From: Thermoprotei archaeon
GTDB lineage: Archaea; Thermoproteota; Thermoprotei; QMSL01
Direction of reading: 5' to 3'
Assembly (NCBI GenBank): GCA_003650925.1
Contig: QMSP01000003.1
Location: 19,446-83,445, forward strand
DNA: 64,000 bases
Below the pieces are notes generated by a model. It saw nothing but the letters and a program-made list of their open reading frames with translations. It was not told where the DNA came from and did no database searches. A program made the translations under genes and the position numbers. The number at the start of each line of letters is the position of its first letter. The stretch's first letter is position 1. Of this stretch, positions 9,700 to 19,302 are shown piece after piece.

Positions 9700-11037
9700 T
9701 TATATTATTCTCACCTTGGATATCCTCAAGGGAGGAGCGTATTCTGCTATGGGCATCCCCTTCTCAAAACTTATCCTGACCGACATTTCCCTGCCGACAG
9801 CATCTATTCCATGGAGGAGCCGCCTAACATCGCCCTCTATAGCCAGTGGTGATACAACACCCTTTATCTCACCCTTCTCGATATACCACGCTGTTTCCAC
9901 AAATATCTTGCATCTGCCTCTCTCATCAACTTCACCCCTTATTAAGCCGTCTATGAGGAAGCCTGATCTCGTCTCTTCTATCATCTCCTCAAGCCTCCAG
10001 TCGCCTGCCTTGAGTATGAAATTACTCATAAGGGAGAGAGGAGGAGTTTCAAGTCCACGACCATTTCCAGCTGGCTCATGACCATAGAAGAGGGCACTAG
10101 CTCTTGAATGAAGATAATTGAGTAATATCCCTTTCTCCACGAGAACTTTTCTTCTGGCTCTTATCATCTCGTCATCGGCAAAATAGCTTCCAAATCCTCC
10201 CCTCAAGAGAGGATCGTCGTATATGGTCACACTCTCGGACGCTATCCTGATGCCTACTGGAAGCCTTTTAACCCCTCTCAGCATATACATGTCGGCCTGC
10301 AGCTCATGTCCTATGCACTCATGTATCAGAGCTCCAGCCACCTTGCCACTCAATATAACCGGGAAGTGAGTGCCTCTTATAAGAGGATTTATAACACCTG
10401 CTTTAAGCATTGATCTGGCTCGTTTGAGAAGAGGTTCTACATCTTTTTCAGAAAGGTCGAAAAGCATTTCAAGACCTCGAGTATAGCCCATGATTTCGCT
10501 TACACCTAGACCTTGAACTCTCGCATACATGGTAAGATATGTCAAAGGCTTCACCTCAACCAGCTCATGGTCATTAAGGTCTATGTGCCTTTTGACCATA
10601 AGCTCTGAGTCAAGTATTATTTCAGCCATACTGCACCCGGCTTCACTCAAGCTACTGCCGAGAGCGTTCAATTCCTCAATTATGGTATCATCATTTACAT
10701 CGCCTGGCCCATACCTGTAGGGATGAAATATCCTACCTTGTGCAACAATACCCTCTGAGAGGCCTTTACCCCATTGTAAGGATGATGTGTAGGCAAGCTT
10801 ATATGCTCTCTTAGCAAGCTCCTCAGGTTTGACCTCACAGCCTCGTGAAACGACTATACCCCAACGACCCCTAACGTAGACTCTGACTATGAAGACGTTC
10901 GTATGGCTCTTGCTTACCTCATTAGAAAAGCCTCTAGAGGCCCACTGATGATGTACTATGTCAAGTGAGATAGCATCAGCGTGGTCAAGCTTGAACTTGG
11001 AGAGGCAGTCTAGAATCTTCTCCAAAATCCTCATCAA
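9700..11037 (-). CDS. TldD/PmbA-family metalloprotease.
   Basis: A 445-aa protein with the TldD/PmbA architecture and a conserved central HExxxH-like region (IHECIGHELQ). Only a single copy is present here; TldD/E often occur as pairs. Confidence 0.65.
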   Translation of the reverse strand: MMRILEKILDCLSKFKLDHADAISLDIVHHQWASRGFSNEVSKSHTNVFIVRVYVRGRWGIVVSRGCEVKPEELAKRAYKLAYTSSLQWGKGLSEGIVAQGRIFHPYRYGPGDVNDDTIIEELNALGSSLSEAGCSMAEIILDSELMVKRHIDLNDHELVEVKPLTYLTMYARVQGLGVSEIMGYTRGLEMLFDLSEKDVEPLLKRARSMLKAGVINPLIRGTHFPVILSGKVAGALIHECIGHELQADMYMLRGVKRLPVGIRIASESVTIYDDPLLRGGFGSYFADDEMIRARRKVLVEKGILLNYLHSRASALFYGHEPAGNGRGLETPPLSLMSNFILKAGDWRLEEMIEETRSGFLIDGLIRGEVDERGRCKIFVETAWYIEKGEIKGVVSPLAIEGDVRRLLHGIDAVGREMSVRISFEKGMPIAEYAPPLRISKVRII

Positions 11038-12239
11038 GGCTGATAATATATGGAGGCACTAGAAAAGCTTTGTTCTAAGCTCCTAACTCTTGACACCTGC
11101 TCAGCCACTTTCTCCATGAGCTCCTCATCATACCAGACTACCGGCTTCCATGCCCCTATGTCCTCTAAGTATAGCTTAGGATACTCCAAGGATTGCGTAA
11201 GACGAGCCCGATTATCTAGTATGCCCATGGTATATTCACTCACATAACCTTCATATACTAGCTTACTGAGGACGCGATAGAGGCTTATAAGAGCATGCCT
11301 GGGTATGTACATGAGAACGGCACACCAATTGCCGCTAGGCGATCTAGAGAGGGCTTTGACAAAAGGCCTTCCCCTTAGACTATTCAGAATCTTGGCTAGA
11401 ATAGCCCTACTCTTAGCCTTCATGAAGACTATTATGTAATATGAGACATTGACGTTGAAGGTATAAACTATGGGCTTGTACTGCAATATGAGCTTTCTTC
11501 CTATCAAGTGATTGCTGTAGTGGTAATAGGCCTTTGAGGCAGAGATTCCCATACTCCTGGCTAACTCAAATATGGGCTTTGCTCCGTCAGCCTCAAGTTT
11601 TTCAAGCATGTATAGATCCACTACGTCAAACTCCTCTCGAGGAGGAGTCTCCCTCAGCATAGAAGGCATCTGTGACTCCTCAGCATCTATGGTAGTTATC
11701 CAGTCTCTTAGACTTAATCTCCATTTACCTCTTGAGAAATCATAGTACTCAAGAGATGGCTTACAGAACCAAGAATCAAGCATTTCTATAAGTTTGTATC
11801 TTCTGATGATTCCATACTCTACTAGTTTCTTTAACAAACTCTCTAGTAGACTCACTTGGTCATTAGGACATAAGTATAGACAATAATATCCATTAAAGTC
11901 TCCATAACATCTTGCCATGGTTCGCCAGTAAATGGGCTTGGTAAGAATTTTGCTCATGAGGTCAAATCTCACGTATGAGGCCTCAAGAAATACATGAAAT
12001 CTTCTCAAACCAAGTCGTCTGTGACTCACCACAGCGTAAACCCTCAGATATCCTCTTCTCTTAAGCTCACGAAACCTCCTTCTAAGCTCATTCACAGCAA
12101 GACCAGTTTTTCTAACTAGAATCTTCTCATTATGCGGATCTATCTCGAAAAGAGACATTATAAGGCGGTAGCTGGCCTCGTCAAGTAGTTTCGAAACGCC
12201 TGGCTTCATAGGTATCGTTATACCTTGAGCCTTTACCAC
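11034..12239 (-). CDS. Putative transcriptional regulator with two AsnC/Lrp-type winged HTH segments.
   Basis: Two HTH_AsnC-like stretches (…EKILVRKTGLAVNELRRRFRELKRRGYLRVYAVV… and …DVVDLYMLEKLEADGAKPIFELARSMGISASKAYYH…). There is a 4-bp overlap with the downstream TldD-like gene. Confidence 0.35.
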   Translation of the reverse strand: MVKAQGITIPMKPGVSKLLDEASYRLIMSLFEIDPHNEKILVRKTGLAVNELRRRFRELKRRGYLRVYAVVSHRRLGLRRFHVFLEASYVRFDLMSKILTKPIYWRTMARCYGDFNGYYCLYLCPNDQVSLLESLLKKLVEYGIIRRYKLIEMLDSWFCKPSLEYYDFSRGKWRLSLRDWITTIDAEESQMPSMLRETPPREEFDVVDLYMLEKLEADGAKPIFELARSMGISASKAYYHYSNHLIGRKLILQYKPIVYTFNVNVSYYIIVFMKAKSRAILAKILNSLRGRPFVKALSRSPSGNWCAVLMYIPRHALISLYRVLSKLVYEGYVSEYTMGILDNRARLTQSLEYPKLYLEDIGAWKPVVWYDEELMEKVAEQVSRVRSLEQSFSSASIYYQP

Positions 12240-12535
12240 TGTCAGCTACCCAAAATGAAAAATTAGATGTCATGGATATAAACATATCCCTATTTGGCCT
12301 CTTTAACCCCCGCCCTAGAAGGGCTCAGGGTCATCAGTTGGCTCGTATACGTACATGTGGCTCACCAAGCTCTATTTTGTAGAAGCCTGTATTCCTTGCT
12401 TATGGTCATAACTATAGTCAAGATAGCTTAGGCTATTCCTTAAGAGTCATGGGGTATAAAAACCACTGTATTCATGAAAACGGTAAATAATCATTGTTTA
12501 TCATTAGTGGAATATAATGAAAATATAGTGGATAT

Positions 12536-12685
12536 TTACTTTGATCTGGAGCGACTACCTAATCTTTTAACTTTGGTGGATCCACAATATGGACATTTGA
12601 CTTCCTCTTCGCTGGCTTCTACACTGAAGTAACCACCTTTGCCTTTCTTGTTGCAGTCTAGGCATACATACCTGATCTTAGCCAT
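12536..12685 (-). CDS. Small (49 aa) zinc-ribbon protein, possibly RNA polymerase subunit P (RpoP/Rpb12-like).
   Basis: Hand-translated minus-strand ORF MAKIRYVCLDCNKKGKGGYFSVEASEEEVKCPYCGSTKVKRLGSRSRSK with CxxC…CPYCG zinc-ribbon spacing and a basic tail. It is below the ORF-track length cutoff. Confidence 0.3.
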   Translation of the reverse strand: MAKIRYVCLDCNKKGKGGYFSVEASEEEVKCPYCGSTKVKRLGSRSRSK

Positions 12686-12747
12686 TAAGGTCCCCGCTAG
12701 CTTTTTCTTTCTCCACTCTTATTTGTGGTTAAGGGGTTTGCTCGTAG

Positions 12748-13605
12748 ATGATTGCATATGGCCTGTCGATAACAGTATTTGAGGAGCACATAAGGCTTAT
12801 AAGAAGGAGAAGGGCTGGTACAGAGGCTCTCATGGATGCGTTCACGAGGTTAGTGAACTTAGCGTCTGAGGAGGGATATCTAGTAGTTGAGCTCCTTGCT
12901 CCTCCTAGATGGCTACAGATAGGGAGGGAGGACGTTGAGAGGTTTAGAGAATTATGTAGCTCTAAAGGTCTGGAGGTCAGAGTTCATCAATACCCAAGCG
13001 ATAACATAGCCTCACCCAGTGAGTATGCTTGGAGAAGCAACCTGAACAGTCTTCTGAGAAGCCTAGAGGTAGCTAGCAGTATGGGAGCTTCATGCTTCAT
13101 AGTCCACCCTGGCTTTTATCGTAGAATAACAGGTTCGGAAGCGGCTAGGTCTAGGGCTAGAGCTGCTCTCTATGAGCTGGTGGACAAGGCTCAGGAGCTG
13201 GGCATAAGGCTTCTTGTAGAGAACAATAGCAGAGGCTCCTCCATATACATAAGCCCTGACGAAATGTTAGACTTAGTCAGAGAATTTAACGTGAGGATAG
13301 TTTTTGATCCTGCTCATGCATATAGATCGGGATTCAATCCTCTTGAGTTCTATAGGGATCTGAGAGACCATATAGATGAAGTACACGTCAATGATGCGCT
13401 AGACAACAGAGAACATCTTCCAGTAGGAGAGGGCATGATCGATTATAGCTCTCTTATAAAGGAGATAGGCCCAGAGCCTAAACATGTATTCGTCATAGAG
13501 ACGTGTGATATTAAAGGAGCCAAGGCATCGAGAGAGTATCTAGAGCGAGAGCTAGAGAAGCTCAGATCGCGTGCTACATCAGAACCTCTTAATCAGATCG
13601 ATTAA
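12748..13605 (+). CDS. Xylose-isomerase-like TIM-barrel protein (sugar phosphate isomerase/epimerase or AP-endonuclease-2 fold).
   Basis: Metal-ligand motifs spaced as in EndoIV/xylose-isomerase-like barrels (FIVHPGF, LLVENNS, VFDPAHAY, VHVND). Confidence 0.55.
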   Translation: MIAYGLSITVFEEHIRLIRRRRAGTEALMDAFTRLVNLASEEGYLVVELLAPPRWLQIGREDVERFRELCSSKGLEVRVHQYPSDNIASPSEYAWRSNLNSLLRSLEVASSMGASCFIVHPGFYRRITGSEAARSRARAALYELVDKAQELGIRLLVENNSRGSSIYISPDEMLDLVREFNVRIVFDPAHAYRSGFNPLEFYRDLRDHIDEVHVNDALDNREHLPVGEGMIDYSSLIKEIGPEPKHVFVIETCDIKGAKASREYLERELEKLRSRATSEPLNQID

Positions 13606-13724
13606 GGTCAGGCTTGTCATAGTCATGAGCCAAGAGTCCATCTTAGAGAGTTCTTCACCTAGCTCCTTCTGAAATCATGAGATGTACATCTTGTAGGGTC
13701 TTGATAGCTAAAGAATGATGTGAA

Positions 13725-14330
13725 CTAATAGTAAGTGCTGGCATAGACCCAATAGCCGCCGGCTTTTGCCAGTACCTCATAACTTCCAAAGACTCGCTCC
13801 ATCATATCAGCTAACCTTGCACCACCCTTACCATGTCTTGCAACTAGCTGGAGAAGACCACCTTTTCTCAAATACTCGGGAGCTCTCCTTATGATCTCGT
13901 AACATATCTGGAGGCCTGCAGAGGTTGGCGGATTAGTTATGATCGTGTCAAAGATCTCGCCTCGAACAGGCTCATATAGACTGCCCCATCTTATCTCAGT
14001 ATTGGCCTCAACCTTGTTCAGCCTGACATTCATACGAGCCAGCCAAAGGGCTCGCCTATTTATATCCGTCATCACGACCTTGCCATGAGGAGCCAGCTTA
14101 GCAGCTACTATGCCTATGACGCCATATCCACAGCCCAAGTCTAGAATCCTCCATCCATCCTTAACTATCATGTTCTCTACAAGGAGCTGAGTTCCCTTAT
14201 CTATCCTACCCACGGAGAACACACCACTGGCAGTATAGAATTCAAACTCATAACCACGTAGGATAGCTCTAATCTTCTGAAGCCTCAGTCTACTGATAGG
14301 CTCCTCTGAGTAGTAGTGGCTCATAATCAT
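13725..14330 (-). CDS. Class I SAM-dependent methyltransferase (small MTS domain, RsmC/RlmG-like).
   Basis: SAM-binding motif I ILDLGCGYGVIG, acidic motif VVMTDIN and an NPP-type motif ITNPPT in a 201-aa protein. Confidence 0.6.
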   Translation of the reverse strand: MIMSHYYSEEPISRLRLQKIRAILRGYEFEFYTASGVFSVGRIDKGTQLLVENMIVKDGWRILDLGCGYGVIGIVAAKLAPHGKVVMTDINRRALWLARMNVRLNKVEANTEIRWGSLYEPVRGEIFDTIITNPPTSAGLQICYEIIRRAPEYLRKGGLLQLVARHGKGGARLADMMERVFGSYEVLAKAGGYWVYASTYY

Positions 14331-14377
14331 CCATACTTAAAATAGCAGGCTAAAAGCTATAAACTTTAGGTGCTTTA

Positions 14378-15319
14378 ATGAGTGGCATGTATACAGTAAT
14401 GATAAAGTTGTACAGCCTCATAGGACTAGGTTATGCTCTTAGGAGGAGCGGCGTCTTCAGTGAAGAGATGATTAAGAGGCTAACAGACCTAGTCATATAC
14501 CTCACGCTGCCATCACTTACTCTATCATCCATGTTAGGTGCCCCTTTGAGCGAGTCAGTAAAGGCTATGATGGATGTAATTCAGGCAGCCATTTATCTTC
14601 ATGTAGTGATGTTTATGATATCCATGCCTATTACATGGGTTATACTAGAAAGGAGGGATGAGATGTTCATTACGGCCATGCTAGCTACCATAGGCAATGC
14701 AATATTCCTCCCACTCCCCATAGTGGAGAGCTTATGGGGCTCCGCCCTAGTCCCCTTTGTGGTAACGTATGGTTTTATAGGCATAGCATTTGGCAATACA
14801 CTTGGCGCTTTCTTGGCCTCTATGGCCTCTAGAGGAGAAATAGACCTTGGAGAAAGACTTCTAAGGATGGCGAAGTTCCCTCCCTTCATATCTGTGATAG
14901 TAGCCATCTTACTGCTGATTGCCAGGGTTGAAATCCCATCAGAGGTCTTATCGGCCATGGGCTATGTAGGTATGCCTACCTCCTATGTAGTGATGCTCAT
15001 AATGGGGGCTCTTCTAGCTGACCTTAAAGGCAATGAACTTAGCCGTATAGGCAAAGGACTTGCTGTAGTGCTTGTGCTCAGGTTCATAATCTCTCCTCTC
15101 CTCATGATGATGGGCATGAGTGTGCTGAAACCTGAACCTCATGTCTTAAGAGTTGTGATCGTCGAGAGCATAATGCCTCCTGCCATAACAAACATCGTCA
15201 TAGCCGCGGAGTTTGGAGCTGAAGAGAGCTATGTGGCAACGCTCGTATTACTCTCAACCATATGCTCCCTCATAACAATATGGATGATTCCTACTCTGGA
15301 AGCTCTCCTGATCAGCTAA
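14378..15319 (+). CDS. AEC (auxin efflux carrier) family membrane transporter.
   Basis: A 313-aa polytopic protein with two repeated five-TM halves, a typical AEC organisation. Confidence 0.55.
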   Translation: MSGMYTVMIKLYSLIGLGYALRRSGVFSEEMIKRLTDLVIYLTLPSLTLSSMLGAPLSESVKAMMDVIQAAIYLHVVMFMISMPITWVILERRDEMFITAMLATIGNAIFLPLPIVESLWGSALVPFVVTYGFIGIAFGNTLGAFLASMASRGEIDLGERLLRMAKFPPFISVIVAILLLIARVEIPSEVLSAMGYVGMPTSYVVMLIMGALLADLKGNELSRIGKGLAVVLVLRFIISPLLMMMGMSVLKPEPHVLRVVIVESIMPPAITNIVIAAEFGAEESYVATLVLLSTICSLITIWMIPTLEALLIS

Positions 15320-16067
15320 TCCTGAACAATTTCATAGCATTTCTGGTCGTGGCCTTCTTCACCCATTCGATTTCCAGTTCCTTTACTCTAGCTAGAAGCT
15401 CAGCCACTTTGGCTACGCTCCATGGATGAGCCTCCTCCTCTTTGAACATGTAGGGAGCATCAGATTCAAGCAGGATTAGGCTAAGGGGCGTCTTCCTCGC
15501 AACTTCTATAGCCCTCCTTGAATACTGAAGGGCTAAGTTAACTGAGACATAGTATCCTCTATCGATTATCGACTCAAGCACCTCTAGGCTTCCAGTATAC
15601 CAGTGGAAAAGAGCTCGCTCTATTCTATACCTATCCAGAAGCTCTAGGATTATTCTCTCCGCATGTACTGAATGTATGTTGAGGGGAAGATCGTACTCCT
15701 TGGCAAGCCTTACGATCCTTTCGAAGACTCTAAACTGCCTTCTCCACTTATCCTCTCCTCGTACAAACCTTCTGTCCATTCCCACCTCACCGAGACCTAC
15801 AATTCTATCCAAGTTCTCCTCTACTTGCCTTATGATGAGCTGAAGCTCATCATCAGTTGCCTTCCATGATTCCCATGGATGATAACCTATACAGACCCTT
15901 ATGTTCTGAGGGGCAATGCTCATGGCCTGAAGTACCGCCTCATTGGATTCAGGATCTGAGCCTACGCCAATGATCACAGTGACTTCATGTTCAAGCGCCC
16001 TCTTAACTATGCTCTTCACGTCTTCATATTCATCTATATGACAGTGAACATCCACTAACATAGACAT
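15312..16067 (-). CDS. tatD: TatD-family metal-dependent hydrolase (DNase).
   Basis: N-terminal MLVDVHCHID His pair plus downstream conserved His/Glu/Asp positions of the TatD TIM barrel. The 251-aa length fits. Confidence 0.75.
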   Translation of the reverse strand: MSMLVDVHCHIDEYEDVKSIVKRALEHEVTVIIGVGSDPESNEAVLQAMSIAPQNIRVCIGYHPWESWKATDDELQLIIRQVEENLDRIVGLGEVGMDRRFVRGEDKWRRQFRVFERIVRLAKEYDLPLNIHSVHAERIILELLDRYRIERALFHWYTGSLEVLESIIDRGYYVSVNLALQYSRRAIEVARKTPLSLILLESDAPYMFKEEEAHPWSVAKVAELLARVKELEIEWVKKATTRNAMKLFRIS

Positions 16068-16075
16068 GGCCTCTA

Positions 16076-16843
16076 ATGTCAGGTGTCTGGATAAAGTATT
16101 TAAGAGTAGGGCACGCTAGACGCTTTATCGGTGGTCTTGTGGAGAGGTTCAAGAGATTCGTGAAAAGAGTGAGGGAGGAAGCTCAAATTCCTCTTGTGGT
16201 TAAATGCCTTGGAGAGAGAGTTGCTGATTGGCAATCTGCTGGTGGATTCATACTCATAAAGCCTAGAGCAGCAAGCTTTGACTTCATCCTCTATAGGAGG
16301 GAGCCCATACCTCTTAGCTTAGACTTCAAGGATAGATTCATATGTCAGATAACTATAGTATCTGAGGAAAGCATGAATGAGAAATACGTACCAGTATATC
16401 AGAGGATGAAGACTATGGAGTGTGAACTGGTTTGGAAAGGACTTATAGGTAGAAAGCCCACCTTCAAAGCTTCGAAAAGCCTTGAAGCTCTCTCAAGGCG
16501 AATAGAGGGACTTGCCTTCAACCCCATGTTGGCAAAGGCCATAGCGTCAGATGAAAGTATAATTCATCTTATTAGCAGGATCAAGCCAGGTGAGTTGTCA
16601 ATTCAATTGAAGTCAATGAGTGATGTTGATGCCTACTTCGCTGTAACCCCTGAGATGACCTACGCCATACAGGCGACCTACTTCAAGGAGCCCAAGGATA
16701 TAGTGTGGTATGTCAACCTGACCACTATGCTTACAAGAGGGCCTTCATATGCGAGAAAGGTCAATGAAGTATATGATCTCCTCGAGAATATAGCCCGTAT
16801 TGTCAGGAAGATCGCTGAGAATATAAGGCACAGTGAAGCTTAA
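16076..16843 (+). CDS. Hypothetical protein.
   Basis: A 255-aa ORF with no motif I can assign. It is tightly spaced with flanking genes. Confidence 0.35.
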   Translation: MSGVWIKYLRVGHARRFIGGLVERFKRFVKRVREEAQIPLVVKCLGERVADWQSAGGFILIKPRAASFDFILYRREPIPLSLDFKDRFICQITIVSEESMNEKYVPVYQRMKTMECELVWKGLIGRKPTFKASKSLEALSRRIEGLAFNPMLAKAIASDESIIHLISRIKPGELSIQLKSMSDVDAYFAVTPEMTYAIQATYFKEPKDIVWYVNLTTMLTRGPSYARKVNEVYDLLENIARIVRKIAENIRHSEA

Positions 16844-16862
16844 ATAAGCCCCTCTCATAAAG

Positions 16863-17309
16863 ATGGTAGGACTGTTGGAGTCCATAGGAGATGATAGCTT
16901 GTACGAGAGTATCCGCTACAAGAGACCTCGAGGAGCCTGTGTATTTGAACTAAATGAAAGTCTCCAAGATGCAAAAATAACCTTAAGGCTAGCTGGCATC
17001 GACCTCATAAGAGTTAGAAAGCTGAGAAGCCTCAGTGACTATACACCTACCTCTAGAGCTTTTCGTGAGCTTGAAGATGAACTGATAGGAGAGGGTGAAT
17101 ATGAAGTATATGAAGGGTTTGGATTCTATGATGATACTCCCCTAACCCTAAGATTCTATTGTGATTATGAGACCCGGAAAGTGAGATATCTAGCAATACT
17201 TGCATATAGGCCGCGGGTCATGAGGAGGCTCAGAAGGAAGCTTGAGGAGCTGGGATGGAGGAGGAGATTTCTATTTGAGATAGAGGCTAGAGTTAGAAGG
17301 CCTACATGA
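16863..17309 (+). CDS. Hypothetical protein.
   Basis: A 148-aa ORF with an Arg-rich C-terminus. It is convergent with and overlaps the 3' end of the Csa3-like gene by 8 bp. Confidence 0.3.
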   Translation: MVGLLESIGDDSLYESIRYKRPRGACVFELNESLQDAKITLRLAGIDLIRVRKLRSLSDYTPTSRAFRELEDELIGEGEYEVYEGFGFYDDTPLTLRFYCDYETRKVRYLAILAYRPRVMRRLRRKLEELGWRRRFLFEIEARVRRPT

Positions 17310-18117
17310 CCTCCTCACTCAGCCTTCTTACCGCCTCCTCCCTTTTGAGTATAGCTTCTCTATACTTTGCAAGAGCAAGAGCTAAAGCTTTACCAAAGCC
17401 TGTAAGCATTATCGGCTTTGTCCTTGAGCCGAGCTCACACATAACTAGCCCCTTCTTGATCAGCTTATTCACCAGCCTACTATATCTGTTCTTAATCACA
17501 GGGTCGAGAGGATCATCTCCACATAGCTCAATAAGCTTCTTAATTGATGGAGCTCTGCCTCCATGTCTTACAAGAGTTACCAGAATATGCTCCTCCTCAG
17601 GTGATGGATGCTCAAGCCTATAGCCAGGTAGGAAGATCTCAAGAGGCTCAAGCCCTCTAACATTCCTCGCCTTCTCAAACCACTCTTCAAACTCAGGCGT
17701 GCCAGGGGAGGGAATGTACCATCCCCTTCTATCAGGAGGTACTACGTAGACATGAACCCCAGGAAACATTAACGAAACTGTCACTATGGCTCCATATGCT
17801 TCCTTAGTCGTAGAGGTAGCATCGATGTAGACTTCCCTCCTATGCTCAAGAACTTCTCTTCTCAAGATCCTGTATAGTGTGGAAAAGACATCAACATAGC
17901 TCTGAGGATTGACACCAACTCTTACAGGTCTCTTAAAAGCGAACGTCAAAGCTCTTAACAACTCCTTAGTATTTCTTCGAGAAGCATAACCGTAGACATC
18001 ACGCTTCTTATCGTATACAAGGTATATCTTCTCTATGGGCATCTTCTCATGCCAGTGCCTAATCCCATCTATGATCCTCTGAAAATCATAGCCTACGAAA
18101 CATATGAGCACTGTCAT
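17302..18117 (-). CDS. Csa3-like regulator: N-terminal CARF-like Rossmann domain plus C-terminal winged HTH.
   Basis: N-terminus VLICFVGYDFQRIIDGI parallels Csa3 YFVTMGFNETFLLRLL. The D-x-T-x-x-K segment DATSTTKEAYGAIVTV parallels Csa3 DLTMGMRMIN. The C-terminal MarR-like wHTH is …HILVTLVRHGGRAPSIKKLIELCGDD…. Confidence 0.4.
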   Translation of the reverse strand: MTVLICFVGYDFQRIIDGIRHWHEKMPIEKIYLVYDKKRDVYGYASRRNTKELLRALTFAFKRPVRVGVNPQSYVDVFSTLYRILRREVLEHRREVYIDATSTTKEAYGAIVTVSLMFPGVHVYVVPPDRRGWYIPSPGTPEFEEWFEKARNVRGLEPLEIFLPGYRLEHPSPEEEHILVTLVRHGGRAPSIKKLIELCGDDPLDPVIKNRYSRLVNKLIKKGLVMCELGSRTKPIMLTGFGKALALALAKYREAILKREEAVRRLSEEVM

Positions 18118-18175
18118 CGTAGCACCATCTTGCTACAGAATAACTTCGGAAGAGATAGTTATAAACATTATGTTA

Positions 18176-18273
18176 TTGTATCCATGCTATGGTTACTGTA
18201 ACGACTATTCATATCCATAGGCTCATGAAATTAGTCTCATTAAAAATGTACTGTAACCATTCCATGGATACAA
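18176..18273. promoter_or_regulatory. 27-bp imperfect inverted repeat pair in the divergent promoter region between the Csa3-like regulator and nurA.
   Basis: Left arm 18176-18202 TTGTATCCATGCTATGGTTACTGTAAC. The reverse complement of the right arm 18247-18273 is TTGTATCCATGGAATGGTTACAGTACA. They match at 22 of 27 positions across about 45 bp of spacer. Confidence 0.45.
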
Positions 18274-18369
18274 TCTCGATGCAATGCAACTATATATGAC
18301 CATGAGTGACAAAGGCAAGGTTTAAGCCTTAAGATACGTAACTTCACTGGAGTTAAGAGAGGGCTTTAC

Positions 18370-19302
18370 ATGATAATTGAAGCGCGTCAACTAATGGAGG
18401 ATATTGAACGTGCGATCAAGACTTTAAGCGTCACAAGACAGCATAGCAGCTTTACACAGCCGTTCGTACCGCTTTTTAAGTTAAGGAGGAAAAGCATAGA
18501 GGGAGAAGAGGTCTTCATTGATTCCTTCAGACCTCTGAGAAGGATAAGGCACAATAAGACAGTAGCAGCAGTCGACTCCTCTCTTAAACTGATCATGGAT
18601 TTAGGAGCCTTCAAGATCTACCTAGTAAAGATAGCAGGAGCGGTGTTCAGAGGCGCTATACATGAGAAGTCAACGATCATGCTGAGGCTAGGGCTTGTCA
18701 CCTCAAGGGAAGAAGCTCTCAGGCTCATGATGAAGTATGAAAGACAAGTGGCAGCTGAGCTACTTGAGGAGAACGCCCCTTCGTACCTAATGTTGGATGG
18801 TAGCCTAAACCCCATAGTTGAGGGATTGAAAGAGGACAGCCTTATCAGGTTGCTAGAGAAGGCGGAGGAGTATGGATGTAGAGTTCTGGCCTTTGCGAAA
18901 TCGTCAAGGATTGTATACGATGATGTGCCTATATCGCTAATATTAGACTTCATGGCCAGGCATCTAGGGCTGAGCTCTTGGATATGCTACCCACTTCTAC
19001 ATAGAGGACGCCTAACCGTAGCTATGGTCAAGCTATCCCCGGATAGTAGGAGGATATTCAGACTTGATATATGGGGATTAGGCGACGTACTAACAATAGC
19101 CTCTGAGATAGCCTATCTGCAGGATGATGCTCTTCCAGGATATCCATATCCTCTTGTTAGAGCTCATAGGGACTCAAGGATAGAGAAGGCTGAGGCGGAG
19201 TATGTGAGGTGCATCTTAGAGGAGAAGATATCGCTGAGGGATCTAGACACAGTCTCCTTCAGGAGGAATGAGCTTGAAGGTTGGAGTCGTGGTGTGGGCT
19301 GA
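18370..19302 (+). CDS. nurA: NurA-family 5'-3' nuclease.
   Basis: NurA motif I (KTVAAVDSSLK) and the second Asp motif (YLMLDGSL). There is a 35-bp overlap with the downstream HerA gene, as in canonical nurA-herA pairs. Confidence 0.65.
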   Translation: MIIEARQLMEDIERAIKTLSVTRQHSSFTQPFVPLFKLRRKSIEGEEVFIDSFRPLRRIRHNKTVAAVDSSLKLIMDLGAFKIYLVKIAGAVFRGAIHEKSTIMLRLGLVTSREEALRLMMKYERQVAAELLEENAPSYLMLDGSLNPIVEGLKEDSLIRLLEKAEEYGCRVLAFAKSSRIVYDDVPISLILDFMARHLGLSSWICYPLLHRGRLTVAMVKLSPDSRRIFRLDIWGLGDVLTIASEIAYLQDDALPGYPYPLVRAHRDSRIEKAEAEYVRCILEEKISLRDLDTVSFRRNELEGWSRGVG

